Of a DNA stretch of 64,000 nt, positions 29,570 to 39,692 are shown one piece after another; the stretch's first letter is position 1; every line of letters begins with the position of its first letter. Source of the stretch: an uncultured Chitinophaga sp. (GTDB lineage: Bacteria > Bacteroidota > Bacteroidia > NS11-12g > UBA9320); the NCBI GenBank assembly GCA_964617955.1, contig CAZTXB010000014.1, positions 8,430 through 72,429 of the forward strand, in the 5' to 3' direction. The position numbers were made by a program, and so were the translations under genes. The notes beneath the pieces are model-generated. The model did no database searches. It was not told the DNA's origin and was given only the letters and a program-made list of their open reading frames with translations.

Positions 29570-32554
29570 ATGCAGCTTTCCGAAAAGGCAAATATTGCTT
29601 TTGTTTATTCCATCACAAATCACCATCATCTTGGGTTGGTCATCGAACCCTTATTGGTTGAAATTACACCTGCAGGAAACTTTTCTCTGGCACATCAGCG
29701 TTTGCTGGTTTCGAACACCAATTTATTTCAGCATTTATTAAGCGAAGATGACCAAAAAGCAATAAAAATTCTTGAAGAAATCATGCCTGAGCGCATTGTA
29801 AAAAAATTCAATCAAAAGGGAAACATCAGACCCAAGGAGTTTTTTGAAAAAAAATGCGATGAAAACATGTTTAAGCTTAGCATCAGACCTTTTATTGAGA
29901 ACAGGTTGACAGAGGCACTTCAATTCATCGACAGGGAAAACCTCTATTTTGCAAGCGAAACCAAAAACCCAACTGCAAAAAAAATCCAGGTATGCGAGGA
30001 CAACCTGAGTGTGCTTTTTCATTTTAACCGAAGTGAGGAGGAAACGAGATATTACGCAACCATCAAACTCAACAACGAGCGGCTCAAACTTTTAAACAGC
30101 AGTTCAGTGCTTACCTACGACCCGGCACATATTATTGTCGACGACAAGCTCTTGGTTTTGAAAGAGGTTGATGGAAAAAAAATTGAGCCTTTTCTCACCA
30201 AATACTACATTTCTGTAGCACGCCGATCAGAGGAAATCTTTTTTAAAAAATTTGGTTTAGAGCTTATTGAGAAGTTCAATGTGAGGGCAGAAGGATTTGA
30301 AATATTGCAAGAAACACATAAGGCATCAGCAGTGCTTAAACTTGAAAAAGTGTTAAACAACGCGTACGCCTTTATTTTGTCCTTTAAATACGATGGCCAA
30401 AATTTTCCATACCATTCCAAAAAAATGGCTCATGCCGTATATGAAAAAAGGGGAGATTCATTTGTGTTTAAAAAGATAAGGCGCAGCCGCGATTGGGAAG
30501 AACATAAAAGGGAATTTATAGAATCTATGGGTTTGAGGCAAATGGAAGGATCTATCTTCAGGCTTCAACCAAAAGGACTTTTAAACAAAAATTTTGAGGA
30601 TGCCGATGAAAAATACCGCATCCTTGATTGGCTTGAAGCCAGCAAAGAGGCGTTAAGCGGAAGGGGCTTTGAAATCATCCAGAATCTCAATGAAGGCGTC
30701 TTTTTCCTTGGCGAAAAAAATATCAAGCTTCAAATTTCAAAAGAAGCCGATTGGTTTGATATCAATGCCGTAGTTTGGTTTGGTAATTTTGAAATGCTTT
30801 TTAAAGAATTGCGGCCTTACATATTAAAGGGTAACAGGGAATTTATGCTTCCCAATGGTGAAATTGCCATCATACCTCAGGAGTGGATGGCAAAGTTTCA
30901 GGGCATTTTGCGTTTTGATGAAGGCAGTCACAGCATAAGGCTTAATAAAATGCATTGGGGCTTGCTTGGAGATTTTGAAACGACCAAAGGCATTCAGGCG
31001 AAACTGGAAGGTTTAAATGATTATAAGGAAATTGCTGCGCTTCCGATGCCAGGTGAATTTAACGGGCAATTGAGAGACTACCAATTGGCAGGCTATTATT
31101 GGATGTATTTTCTCAAGCAATTTGGATTTGGAGGATGCTTAGCCGACGATATGGGCTTAGGAAAAACAATACAAACCCTTGCCTTGCTCCTGAACGAAAA
31201 ACAAATTCATCCATCAGAGTCAAAAGCAGGCTTTTTACAACCAAAGCAACAAAAAGGTCAACTGAGCATTTTCGAAAGTCCTGACACGACCTCTACCTTA
31301 TCAACTCAATCATCTAAAACTTCTCTATTGGTGGTGCCTACCAGTCTCATTTATAATTGGATGAATGAGTCTTCAAAATTCACTCCAACCCTTAAACTAT
31401 TTGTCCATATTGGTCAGGCCCGGGTAAAGGAAAACGAACATTTCGAAAACTACGACCTCATAATCAGCACCTACGGCACAGTGAGGAACGATGAGGCCTT
31501 GTTCAAAAATTTTAAATTCCATTACATTATTTTAGATGAAAGTCAAAATATTAAAAATCCGCATAGCCAGGTTTCTAAGACTCTGAGGAATTTGAATTCG
31601 GAATTCCGTTTGGTTTTAACAGGTACCCCAGTTGAAAACTCCATTAAAGATTTATGGTCACAGATTAGTTTTGTAAACCCGGGTCTTTTAGGAGGTTTAA
31701 AGTTTTTTGAGGACACCTATGTGTACCCTATCGAAAAAGGGGGAGATGACGCTAAACTTTTAGAACTAAAAACCCTGATAAAGCCATTTATATTAAGAAG
31801 AACCAAACAGCAAGTAGCCAAGGAACTGCCCGAAAAAACGGAACAAATTCTTTACTGTGAAATGACCCCTGAGCAGGAAAAGATTTATGAAGAAACCAAG
31901 TCCCGTTTTCGCAACCAGGTATTTGAAACCATTACCGATGTTGGTTTGGCCAAGGCCAGATTTAGCATAATTGCCGGCCTTACCAAATTGCGTCAAATTG
32001 CCAACCATCCTGGATTAACAGAATCAGACTATGAAGGAAGCTCAGGCAAGTTCATTGAGTTGTTGACCCGAACTGCCACAGCCATTGAAAGCGGGCATAA
32101 ACTGCTTATTTATTCTCAGTTTGTGCAACAACTTCAAATCATCAAAAAAGCCTTCGACAAAGAAGGTTTAAAATACTGCTATTTTGATGGGAGTTATAAC
32201 GCAAAACAACGACAAATTCAGGTGAAACAGTTTCAGGAATCGCCCGAAATTCCTATTTTCCTGGTATCTCTAAAAGCTGGAGGCGTTGGGCTAACACTTA
32301 CGGCCGCCGATTACGTTTTTATCATTGACCCTTGGTGGAATCCATCGGTTGAGAGGCAAGCTGTAGACCGAACCCATCGAATCGGGCAGACTAAAAACAT
32401 TTTTTCATACAAATTCATTACAAAAAATACCGTGGAAGAAAAAATACTGAATTTGCAAAACAGAAAGCTATCCCTGGCTTCGGAAATGGTTCTGGCTGAA
32501 GAATCTTTTTATAAAACATTGGATATTAATGACATAAAAAATATATTAGGATAG
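29570..32554 (+). CDS. SNF2-family (RapA/HepA-like) DEAD/DEAH helicase with a roughly 480-aa N-terminal accessory domain.
   Basis: Motif I is LADDMGLGKT, motif II is DESQNIKN, motif III is LTGTPVEN, and the helicase-C motifs are QAVDRTHRIGQ. Confidence 0.85.
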   Translation: MQLSEKANIAFVYSITNHHHLGLVIEPLLVEITPAGNFSLAHQRLLVSNTNLFQHLLSEDDQKAIKILEEIMPERIVKKFNQKGNIRPKEFFEKKCDENMFKLSIRPFIENRLTEALQFIDRENLYFASETKNPTAKKIQVCEDNLSVLFHFNRSEEETRYYATIKLNNERLKLLNSSSVLTYDPAHIIVDDKLLVLKEVDGKKIEPFLTKYYISVARRSEEIFFKKFGLELIEKFNVRAEGFEILQETHKASAVLKLEKVLNNAYAFILSFKYDGQNFPYHSKKMAHAVYEKRGDSFVFKKIRRSRDWEEHKREFIESMGLRQMEGSIFRLQPKGLLNKNFEDADEKYRILDWLEASKEALSGRGFEIIQNLNEGVFFLGEKNIKLQISKEADWFDINAVVWFGNFEMLFKELRPYILKGNREFMLPNGEIAIIPQEWMAKFQGILRFDEGSHSIRLNKMHWGLLGDFETTKGIQAKLEGLNDYKEIAALPMPGEFNGQLRDYQLAGYYWMYFLKQFGFGGCLADDMGLGKTIQTLALLLNEKQIHPSESKAGFLQPKQQKGQLSIFESPDTTSTLSTQSSKTSLLVVPTSLIYNWMNESSKFTPTLKLFVHIGQARVKENEHFENYDLIISTYGTVRNDEALFKNFKFHYIILDESQNIKNPHSQVSKTLRNLNSEFRLVLTGTPVENSIKDLWSQISFVNPGLLGGLKFFEDTYVYPIEKGGDDAKLLELKTLIKPFILRRTKQQVAKELPEKTEQILYCEMTPEQEKIYEETKSRFRNQVFETITDVGLAKARFSIIAGLTKLRQIANHPGLTESDYEGSSGKFIELLTRTATAIESGHKLLIYSQFVQQLQIIKKAFDKEGLKYCYFDGSYNAKQRQIQVKQFQESPEIPIFLVSLKAGGVGLTLTAADYVFIIDPWWNPSVERQAVDRTHRIGQTKNIFSYKFITKNTVEEKILNLQNRKLSLASEMVLAEESFYKTLDINDIKNILG

Positions 32555-32616
32555 TGAAAAAGTCAATCTAAATATTACTTTTGAAATTCAATATTATTTA
32601 TAACTCAAAAAAAATC

Positions 32617-33348
32617 ATGAAAAAAATCTTTACATTAGCGTTGACTTTGGTTTCAGTTGCCACATTTGCCCAACGTTCGGCAGATATTAGCGTGACCATG
32701 AATAGCCCTACCACCGGAACGAACATCGTTTCTGGAAAATCTTTCACTCTTAACTACACGGGCACCAATATGGGACCGGACAAATTGGCCATTGGCGACA
32801 CCGTTGTTTATGGATTGGTCATTAACAACACTTTTATCAATGGAACTATTTTTTTCAGAGTGCTTACGGCTGATATCTTAAAAGATGGAGTGGTTCAGTC
32901 CTTTAATCAAACGGTAACGTTAAACATTCCCAATGAGTTAAATAATGCCAATTTTTGCGCTTACGTGGGTGCACAAAACCGATCATTCGGTTCTCCTAAA
33001 GTATCAGATCCGGCTACTGCCAATAATTTAGGCTGCTCTGTAGTAAATTTAAAAACCAGTAGCATAAAAAGTTTGGGCGAAGGATTGGCAACAGCCACCC
33101 ACATCAATGCTACTCCAAATCCCGCCAATGACGTGGTAAACATAAGTTATGAATTGGTTAACCCTGAAACGGTAAGCGTAGCGCTATACGACATGAATGG
33201 CCGTCAGGTAGTTGAAACCATTACCAACAAACAAAGTGCTGGCGAAAACACTGTTCAGATGAACACTTCTGAATTGAATTCAGGTCTTTATTTTTATGAA
33301 GTGAAAATTGGTGTTAACACAAAGCGTTACAAATTGATGATTAATTAA
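32617..33348 (+). CDS. Small secreted protein with a T9SS type-A C-terminal sorting domain.
   Basis: The signal peptide is MKKIFTLALTLVSVATFAQ. The C-terminus ATPNPANDVVNISYEL...VALYDMNGRQVVE...LNSGLYFYEV fits the type-A CTD. The ORF track begins 36 nt earlier, at 32581. Confidence 0.8.
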   Translation: MKKIFTLALTLVSVATFAQRSADISVTMNSPTTGTNIVSGKSFTLNYTGTNMGPDKLAIGDTVVYGLVINNTFINGTIFFRVLTADILKDGVVQSFNQTVTLNIPNELNNANFCAYVGAQNRSFGSPKVSDPATANNLGCSVVNLKTSSIKSLGEGLATATHINATPNPANDVVNISYELVNPETVSVALYDMNGRQVVETITNKQSAGENTVQMNTSELNSGLYFYEVKIGVNTKRYKLMIN

Positions 33349-33364
33349 AATTTGTTAGATATTT

Positions 33365-33406
33365 AAAAAAAACCTTCACCATTGATTTGGTGAAGGTTTT
33401 TTTTTG
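33365..33406 (+). terminator. Rho-independent terminator.
   Basis: The stem ccttcacc (33373-33380) / ggtgaagg (33389-33396) has an 8-nt loop and is followed by a 9-T run. It is preceded by an A-run and so could act bidirectionally. Confidence 0.75.
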
Positions 33407-33630
33407 AAACATTCCTTCACTTTTAAAAGAAATTTCTGTCTTGTACGTGTTTCAAGAATTCTCAATCCCAAAATCAGGCTTCTTTAATCTTAAAAGCGTT
33501 AATAAGATTCCCTTAAATGAACACGGAGTATGTCTCCGATATTTTCTCCGGAGAATTGCACAATTAAAACAAGATTATATGGCTCTAAGGCATATTCTAA
33601 GGGTATATGCCCTATTTTTGCTTCCGTTAA

Positions 33631-34389
33631 ATGTCAGGACACAGTAAATGGGCCAATATTAAGCACCGCAAAGGAGCACAGGACAAGCGGAGGGCAAAAT
33701 TATTTACCCGAATAATCAAGGATATTTCAATTGCAGCAAAAAATGGCGGCGACAATCCCGCAAGCAATCCTGCGTTGCGCTTAGCCATTCAAAATGCCAA
33801 AGGCGCGAATCTTCCCAAGGAGAAAGTAGAAAACGCGATTAAGAAAGCCTCAGGGCACGAAGCCGATAATTTTCTTGAACTCACCTACGAAGGTTATGGG
33901 CATGGTGGGGTAGCTGTATTTATTGAAGCGGCTACGGATAACGTCAATAGAACCGTAGCCAATATTCGAAGCATTTTTTTAAAGTCAGGAGGAAGTTTAG
34001 GTACCAATGGATCCCTCAATTTTATTTTCGCGCATAAAGGTGTTTTTCGAGTGCCTCTTTCACAAATTGACGCCATAAATTCAGATGAATTAGAAATTGA
34101 GTTGATAGATGGCGGGGCTGAAGAAATTGAGAAAGAAGATGGGGTTTGGGAAATAGTTACTTCTTTTGAAAATTTCGGTGAAATGCAAAAAAAACTGGAG
34201 GAAGTAAAGCTTGAGGCCGAAAGTTCAACCTTGCTTCGCCTGCCACTTATAACAAAGGCATTGCCTGTAGCAGAGGCCTTAAAATTTTTAAAAATGATAG
34301 AAAAACTTGAGGACGACGAAGACATCAATACGGTGTATCACAATCTGGAGTTAACCGATGATTTGATAATGGAAATCGAAAAACTTTAA
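33631..34389 (+). CDS. yebC: YebC/PmpR-family transcriptional regulator.
   Basis: It starts [32 protein letters not shown], which is the family signature. Confidence 0.9.
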   Translation: MSGHSKWANIKHRKGAQDKRRAKLFTRIIKDISIAAKNGGDNPASNPALRLAIQNAKGANLPKEKVENAIKKASGHEADNFLELTYEGYGHGGVAVFIEAATDNVNRTVANIRSIFLKSGGSLGTNGSLNFIFAHKGVFRVPLSQIDAINSDELEIELIDGGAEEIEKEDGVWEIVTSFENFGEMQKKLEEVKLEAESSTLLRLPLITKALPVAEALKFLKMIEKLEDDEDINTVYHNLELTDDLIMEIEKL

Positions 34390-34423
34390 TGCACACTTAA
34401 ATACAAATCGGTTTTATATTCGA

Positions 34424-35989
34424 ATGCCCATAGATAAAAATTCAAGACTCGACATGAGAGAAAAATTAATAGCCAAAAGAAAACAAAGCCTTTTAGGAGG
34501 TGGAGTGGATCGCATCGATTCACAACATAAGAAAGGTAAATTAACGGCAAGGGAACGCTTAGAACTCTTGCTCGATAAAGGGAGCTTTGAAGAAATTGAC
34601 GCCTTCGTAAAACACAGAAGCACCGATTTTGGAATGGAAAAAACCCATTATCCGGGCGATGGGGTTATTACGGGTTATGGAACAGTGCATGGGCGTTTGG
34701 TTTTTGTCTTTTCACAAGATTTTACAGTATTTGGGGGCTCCTTAAGTGAAACCCATGCCGAAAAAATTTGTAAAATAATGGACATGGCCATGAAGAATGG
34801 CGCCCCGGTAATTGGGTTGAACGACAGTGGAGGCGCACGCATTCAGGAAGGCGTGGTTTCTTTAGGAGGCTATGCTGATATTTTTTACAGAAACACCTTG
34901 GCCAGTGGCGTCATTCCTCAAATTTCGGTCATCATGGGACCTTGTGCCGGCGGCGCAGTTTACAGTCCTGCCATTACCGATTTTATCATGATGGTTGAAA
35001 AAACCTCCTATATGTTTGTAACGGGGCCCAATGTTGTAAAAACAGTGACCAACGAAGAGGTGAGCAGTGAAAATTTAGGGGGGGCCTCTGTGCACGGCAC
35101 CAAATCGGGAGTGTCACACATCAGTGCCGGCAACGAACTGGATGCCATGAATAAGTTGCGCCAATTGCTCAGCTATATTCCGCAAAACTGTGAAGAAAGG
35201 CCTCCTTTCACTGAATATACCCTTACAAAAAATGAGTCGAGGGAAGAACTTGCAAGTATAATTCCCGAAAATGCCAATCAGCCTTATGATATCCGCGACG
35301 TCATATTTGGCACCATCGACCATGACAGTTTTTTTGAAATCCACAAAGATTTCGCAGAAAATATAGTGGTGGGCTTCGCCCGATTGGCAGGCCGGAGTAT
35401 TGGCATCGTCGCCAATCAGCCCGCATTTTTGGCTGGGGTTTTAGACGTTAAAAGCAGTCAGAAGGCCGCACGCTTTGTTCGCTTTTGCGACGCCTTCAAT
35501 ATTCCTTTGTTGGTATTTGAAGATGTTCCGGGGTTTTTACCCGGCACCGATCAGGAATGGAATGCCATCATAACCAACGGGGCCAAGCTGCTTTATGCCT
35601 TTTGCGAGGCAACGGTTCCGAGGGTGACGGTAATCACCCGCAAAGCATACGGAGGAGCTTATGATGTGATGAACAGTAAGCACATAGGCGCCGATATGAA
35701 TTTTGCCTGGCCAAGTGCCGAAATCGCGGTGATGGGTGCCAAAGGCGCTGCCGAAATAATTTTTAAAAAAGAAATCACCGAAGCCGCAAATCCGGAGGAG
35801 GCATGGAAACAGAAAGAAGCAGAGTACGCCGGAATTTTTGCCAACCCCTATCGCGCAGCCGAAAGAGGCTTTATTGATGAAGTAATTTTGCCGGAAGAAA
35901 CACGGATTAAACTCATCAAAGCATTCAAAATGCTGGAGAACAAAGTAGCCAACCTGCCAAAGAAAAAGCATGGGAATATTCCGTTGTAA
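34424..35989 (+). CDS. Acyl-CoA carboxylase carboxyltransferase (beta) subunit (PccB / methylmalonyl-CoA decarboxylase alpha-like).
   Basis: It contains [28 protein letters not shown] and the carboxyltransferase N- and C-domain motifs ([15 protein letters not shown]). Confidence 0.9.
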   Translation: MPIDKNSRLDMREKLIAKRKQSLLGGGVDRIDSQHKKGKLTARERLELLLDKGSFEEIDAFVKHRSTDFGMEKTHYPGDGVITGYGTVHGRLVFVFSQDFTVFGGSLSETHAEKICKIMDMAMKNGAPVIGLNDSGGARIQEGVVSLGGYADIFYRNTLASGVIPQISVIMGPCAGGAVYSPAITDFIMMVEKTSYMFVTGPNVVKTVTNEEVSSENLGGASVHGTKSGVSHISAGNELDAMNKLRQLLSYIPQNCEERPPFTEYTLTKNESREELASIIPENANQPYDIRDVIFGTIDHDSFFEIHKDFAENIVVGFARLAGRSIGIVANQPAFLAGVLDVKSSQKAARFVRFCDAFNIPLLVFEDVPGFLPGTDQEWNAIITNGAKLLYAFCEATVPRVTVITRKAYGGAYDVMNSKHIGADMNFAWPSAEIAVMGAKGAAEIIFKKEITEAANPEEAWKQKEAEYAGIFANPYRAAERGFIDEVILPEETRIKLIKAFKMLENKVANLPKKKHGNIPL

Positions 35990-36194
35990 GGGGCTTAAAT
36001 ACATCAGTTATTTTGTTTCTTTAGAGAAATATAATACCCCAAAGACAGAATGGATTTTTAAGGTAATGTGGTCAAAAATAGTTGGTAGATTTTAGACTAA
36101 TTAGGTTTAAAATAGCCGCATCAATCTGAAGAGGAAGTAAGCTCTGGTGGAGACCAACTTGCGAGCAATAGGATTGATGCATTAAAGGTAATAG

Positions 36195-36225
36195 GCAGTT
36201 CTTTTTATGAGCTGCCTTTTTTTAT
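36195..36225 (+). terminator. Rho-independent terminator candidate.
   Basis: The stem ggcagttc / gagctgcc is 8 bp with one G-U pair and a 7-nt loop (tttttat). It is followed by a 7-T run. It lies about 200 nt past the carboxyltransferase stop and immediately 3' of an inverted-repeat element. Confidence 0.5.
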
Positions 36226-36318
36226 ATTACCTGTATGCCTGTATCGCTAAAAAAAACTCATTTGTTATTGGACAAATAGACGTACCATTGCCTTTATTTG
36301 CAATGGACAAGATATTAA

Positions 36319-36759
36319 CCAGCAGACCCTAATATAGTATTTAGTGGAATACTAAACTCGAATAGTCAAATAGGTAAAATATTAATCAACTCAAGCAAAC
36401 ATTTTCAATTTTATAGTTGCGATTTTCTTAAAGTAGAAATAATAAAACACAGGGAAAAGCTCCTCCAACTGACCAAACTAAACGAGAATGAATTAAATGA
36501 GTTGGAAACATTGGTAACATCCAATATCACGTTTATTAATGAAGGTCTTATTCCAAAAAGAGAGATTGATGAATCACTTGAAATGTTAAAGGATATTGAT
36601 ATCAAGGATGCCCCTTTCGTGGCATTGACAAAATATCTTAATGGAACTCTTTGGACAGGGGACAAAGTTCTGATCAATGGATTAAAGGCAAACAAATTTC
36701 TGAAAACAATCACAACTTCTGACCTTTTTCATAGACTTGACGATTTAGAGAGAGAATAG
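36319..36759 (+). pseudogene. Possible PIN-domain (VapC-like) gene remnant.
   Basis: The C-terminal part (DIKDAPFVALTKYLNGTLWTGDKVLINGLKA) matches the PIN C-terminal hA..A....lLTxD motif. The annotated ORF uses a TTG start at 36502. The frame stays open upstream to 36319 without a recognisable PIN N-terminus or ATG. Confidence 0.3.
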
Positions 36760-36912
36760 GAAAACATTTGATAAAAACTGAATTCTCTACCGTCTATTAT
36801 GAAGCTTTGGATACTTTAAATATCGAATTAAATTTGTAGTGGCTTGAATCGTTGGTTGTTGGAGGTAGGTGCCCCTCAAACAAAACAGACGGGCTTATAA
36901 AAAATCACAACC

Positions 36913-37878
36913 ATGAAAATATTAAAAGCATTTAAATTAATCCCGCTTTTCGGAATTGTCGCCATGTCAAATTTGGCCTCAGGCACAACTTGGGATGAAC
37001 CATGGCAAGAAAAAATCATTAAGGAGGCTGATTATTTTGTGCTGGCAAAAATTAAATCGACCAATCATAAAAGTGTCACTCTTTCAAATATTACTACATT
37101 TGGAGGCGAAGAGCTAAAAGGAAATATTAAAATAACAAATTTTTATGATACCCATGTTCAAAGCTGGTCATCGGGTAGCCATGGTCCAGAGTTTAACTTT
37201 AAAAACATTAAGACATGTTACTTTTTTATAAAGAAAAATTCTGATGGAGAATACTGTATAGCCACGCCAACCTCAGGATTTGCAATGGTTGAGGATGGGA
37301 AAGTTTATGCCACGTATCGACACAGTTACCATCAAGCCATTGTCCCGTTTGATATTTACGAAAAATCTATGACGGCCATTTTTAACCACTATCATCAAAA
37401 GTCTTATGACGTAAAAGCGATTAGAGACTATATTGATATTTGTCTGTCACAAAATCCTACTGGTCTTAAAGAAGAGGAGATGACCACATTTTTTGCGCAA
37501 CATGTGGCCTTGGAGTGCGTTTATCATTTAAGACTGGATGGCTATTTTGAAAAAGTGCTTCCATTTCTTAAGGACACTTTGAATTTTCATAATCAAATTT
37601 CCGGAGCTAGAGCCTTAGCAAGCAATAATACTTTGGCATGCAAGCAAGAGCTTTTAAAAGTTATTGCCGATACAACAGCAAGCCGATTTGTTCAGGTGAT
37701 TTGTATTTGGACCCTGAGCGAATTTAAGCCAGTGGAATTGAAAAGTGAATTGACCACCTTATTGACTTTAGTTTCAGCTAAAAGCACAGGTTTTGGAGGC
37801 AATATTATGGACCCGCGGGTAGGGACTCACTTTCCTTCTCCTAGAGGGGCTTTGGAGAAACTAATAGAAGAATTGTGA
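36913..37878 (+). CDS. Hypothetical secreted protein.
   Basis: The 321-aa protein has an N-terminal signal-like segment (LIPLFGIVAMSNLASG). I recognise no family. It lies in a low-GC region. Confidence 0.5.
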   Translation: MKILKAFKLIPLFGIVAMSNLASGTTWDEPWQEKIIKEADYFVLAKIKSTNHKSVTLSNITTFGGEELKGNIKITNFYDTHVQSWSSGSHGPEFNFKNIKTCYFFIKKNSDGEYCIATPTSGFAMVEDGKVYATYRHSYHQAIVPFDIYEKSMTAIFNHYHQKSYDVKAIRDYIDICLSQNPTGLKEEEMTTFFAQHVALECVYHLRLDGYFEKVLPFLKDTLNFHNQISGARALASNNTLACKQELLKVIADTTASRFVQVICIWTLSEFKPVELKSELTTLLTLVSAKSTGFGGNIMDPRVGTHFPSPRGALEKLIEEL

Positions 37879-38052
37879 ACCTATTGGAGCCTAAAACCGT
37901 GCGCTAAAGATAATCCTTTGTTTTGGTTAACAATTTCAAGAGGCCCAGGGTTAGAGCACCTAAACCTTGAATTGTCAAATTTAATTTACTTAAGCATTTA
38001 ACACGAGTATTAATTGAAAAATGAATTTTATAAGCAAACAAAAACATTTTAG

Positions 38053-38559
38053 ATGAACTTCCCGCAGAATATATGGGCGCTTTTTTATGTTCTATTTTTT
38101 ATTGGAGTCCTTTTAATCTCTATGGGACTTTTACTACGCTGGGTTAAATTCAAACACGACTATGTTTCATTTTATTTAGGCTACTTTTTTTTAGTTTATT
38201 CAGTTTTTATTTTTATAAACCAATTGAATACAAGGAAAAAAGAAATGAAAGAAAGAGAAGGGGTGTATTGTGCATTAAGACAAAATGAAGTTTACGAACT
38301 TTGTAAGGACTTAAATGTTGATAGCTTACAATTAACATTAGAGAAAAGTGGCAAGTGCTATTTTAATTTTAAGACATGCTTCATCAATAATTCAATTGGC
38401 ACTTGGACTTGGAACGAAGATATGGTTGGCGCATGGATAAGTATAGACATAAATTTAAAAGATCAGGCTCATCTAACTTTTGACGAAAAGGATACCCTAA
38501 GACTTTACAACCAAAATAATATCTACATAACATTTGCAAAGAAAAAGATGCAAAAATGA
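38053..38559 (+). CDS. Hypothetical membrane protein.
   Basis: The 168-aa protein has two N-terminal TM helices. Its stop overlaps the start of the next ORF (38556), suggesting a small operon. Confidence 0.45.
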   Translation: MNFPQNIWALFYVLFFIGVLLISMGLLLRWVKFKHDYVSFYLGYFFLVYSVFIFINQLNTRKKEMKEREGVYCALRQNEVYELCKDLNVDSLQLTLEKSGKCYFNFKTCFINNSIGTWTWNEDMVGAWISIDINLKDQAHLTFDEKDTLRLYNQNNIYITFAKKKMQK

Positions 38560-39011
38560 AATGCTCCAAAAGTTATCAATCTTGTATAAATCAGAGAATG
38601 AAAAGAATCCTATTAATATTATCAATTCTAGTCTTCAATCCACCAAGTCATAGCCAATCTATTTTTTTTGACAACCTCAACAACTCCATTTGGACTTCAA
38701 CAGCAGAAATTTCAGATTCCATCTTAAAAACCTCAAAACAAATTCCCATATCAAAACTTATTTATTCAAAGGACTCCATTGATAAAGATGTGACTATATG
38801 GCTATTCAAAGACGGCTTTTTATAAATAGTCTATTATAATCATCAGTCAAAAACTGAAAACTTGGTAGGTACTTATGAATATTTAATCGAATTAAATAAG
38901 GGTACGTTACAACTGATTGTTGAGAATGTCACCTTAAAATATAAAGTTGGTATTGTTTCTTCTGGCTATCATGCTGTACTTTTACGGACAAAAGAGAGAA
39001 GAAAAAAATGA
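38556..39011 (+). pseudogene. Small secreted protein gene interrupted by an in-frame TAA at 38823-38825.
   Basis: The 89-aa ORF has a signal-like N-terminus. After the TAA the same frame stays open for 61 more codons (IVYYNHQSKTENLVGTYEYLIELNKGTLQLIVENV...) until a TGA at 39009-39011. Confidence 0.4.
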
Positions 39012-39217
39012 AAACTTGATTCAAATACAGGGAATAAAATTAATAGCCAGTCTAGCAAGGAATAAAAATCCCTATCAAATTTACTATTTCCTTTTCTGAA
39101 AGTTTGAAAACCAGATCACAGATCCAAAACTAAGTCAAATCTGTAAGCCTGAATTTTAGTTCATAATTTTACCAATCAATTTTTTTTGATAATTTTTGTA
39201 AATTTGAATAAGTAAAC

Positions 39218-39457
39218 ATGAGAACATTAAATATATCCATATCCGACATTGAGTTTAACAAATATGGATTAACAAAAGAAAAATTAACGTTTACAGATCT
39301 CATCGAACTGGTTATCAGAGAATTGACCCGTCAAAACTTGAACAAAAGCGTAGAACTTGCCGAAAAGTACGGACTTTCTAAAATGACTATGGATGAAATC
39401 TCAGACGAAGTAAAATATGTCAGAGAAGATGCAAAGGGTCGTGATATATACCAATGA
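39218..39457 (+). CDS. Small hypothetical protein.
   Basis: The 79-aa protein is charged and helical. I recognise no family. Confidence 0.35.
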   Translation: MRTLNISISDIEFNKYGLTKEKLTFTDLIELVIRELTRQNLNKSVELAEKYGLSKMTMDEISDEVKYVREDAKGRDIYQ

Positions 39458-39692
39458 TATAGTTTCATCCTTTATTTAATGAATTAAAGGTAAACAATAT
39501 AAACCAATTAAAACCTGATGGCTAACCGAGTTGAATGCGAAAATGCTTTTTTCTCTTAGCTTTAGCTCGCATCAGAATCCATCCTTTTCAAATTCCATTC
39601 ACCCCTAAGTTCATGCCTGCAACCAAACCCGAAACAACAAACTCGAACCCCCAAACCAAAAACCCCCAAACCCTCAAACCTCAAAACCCTCC

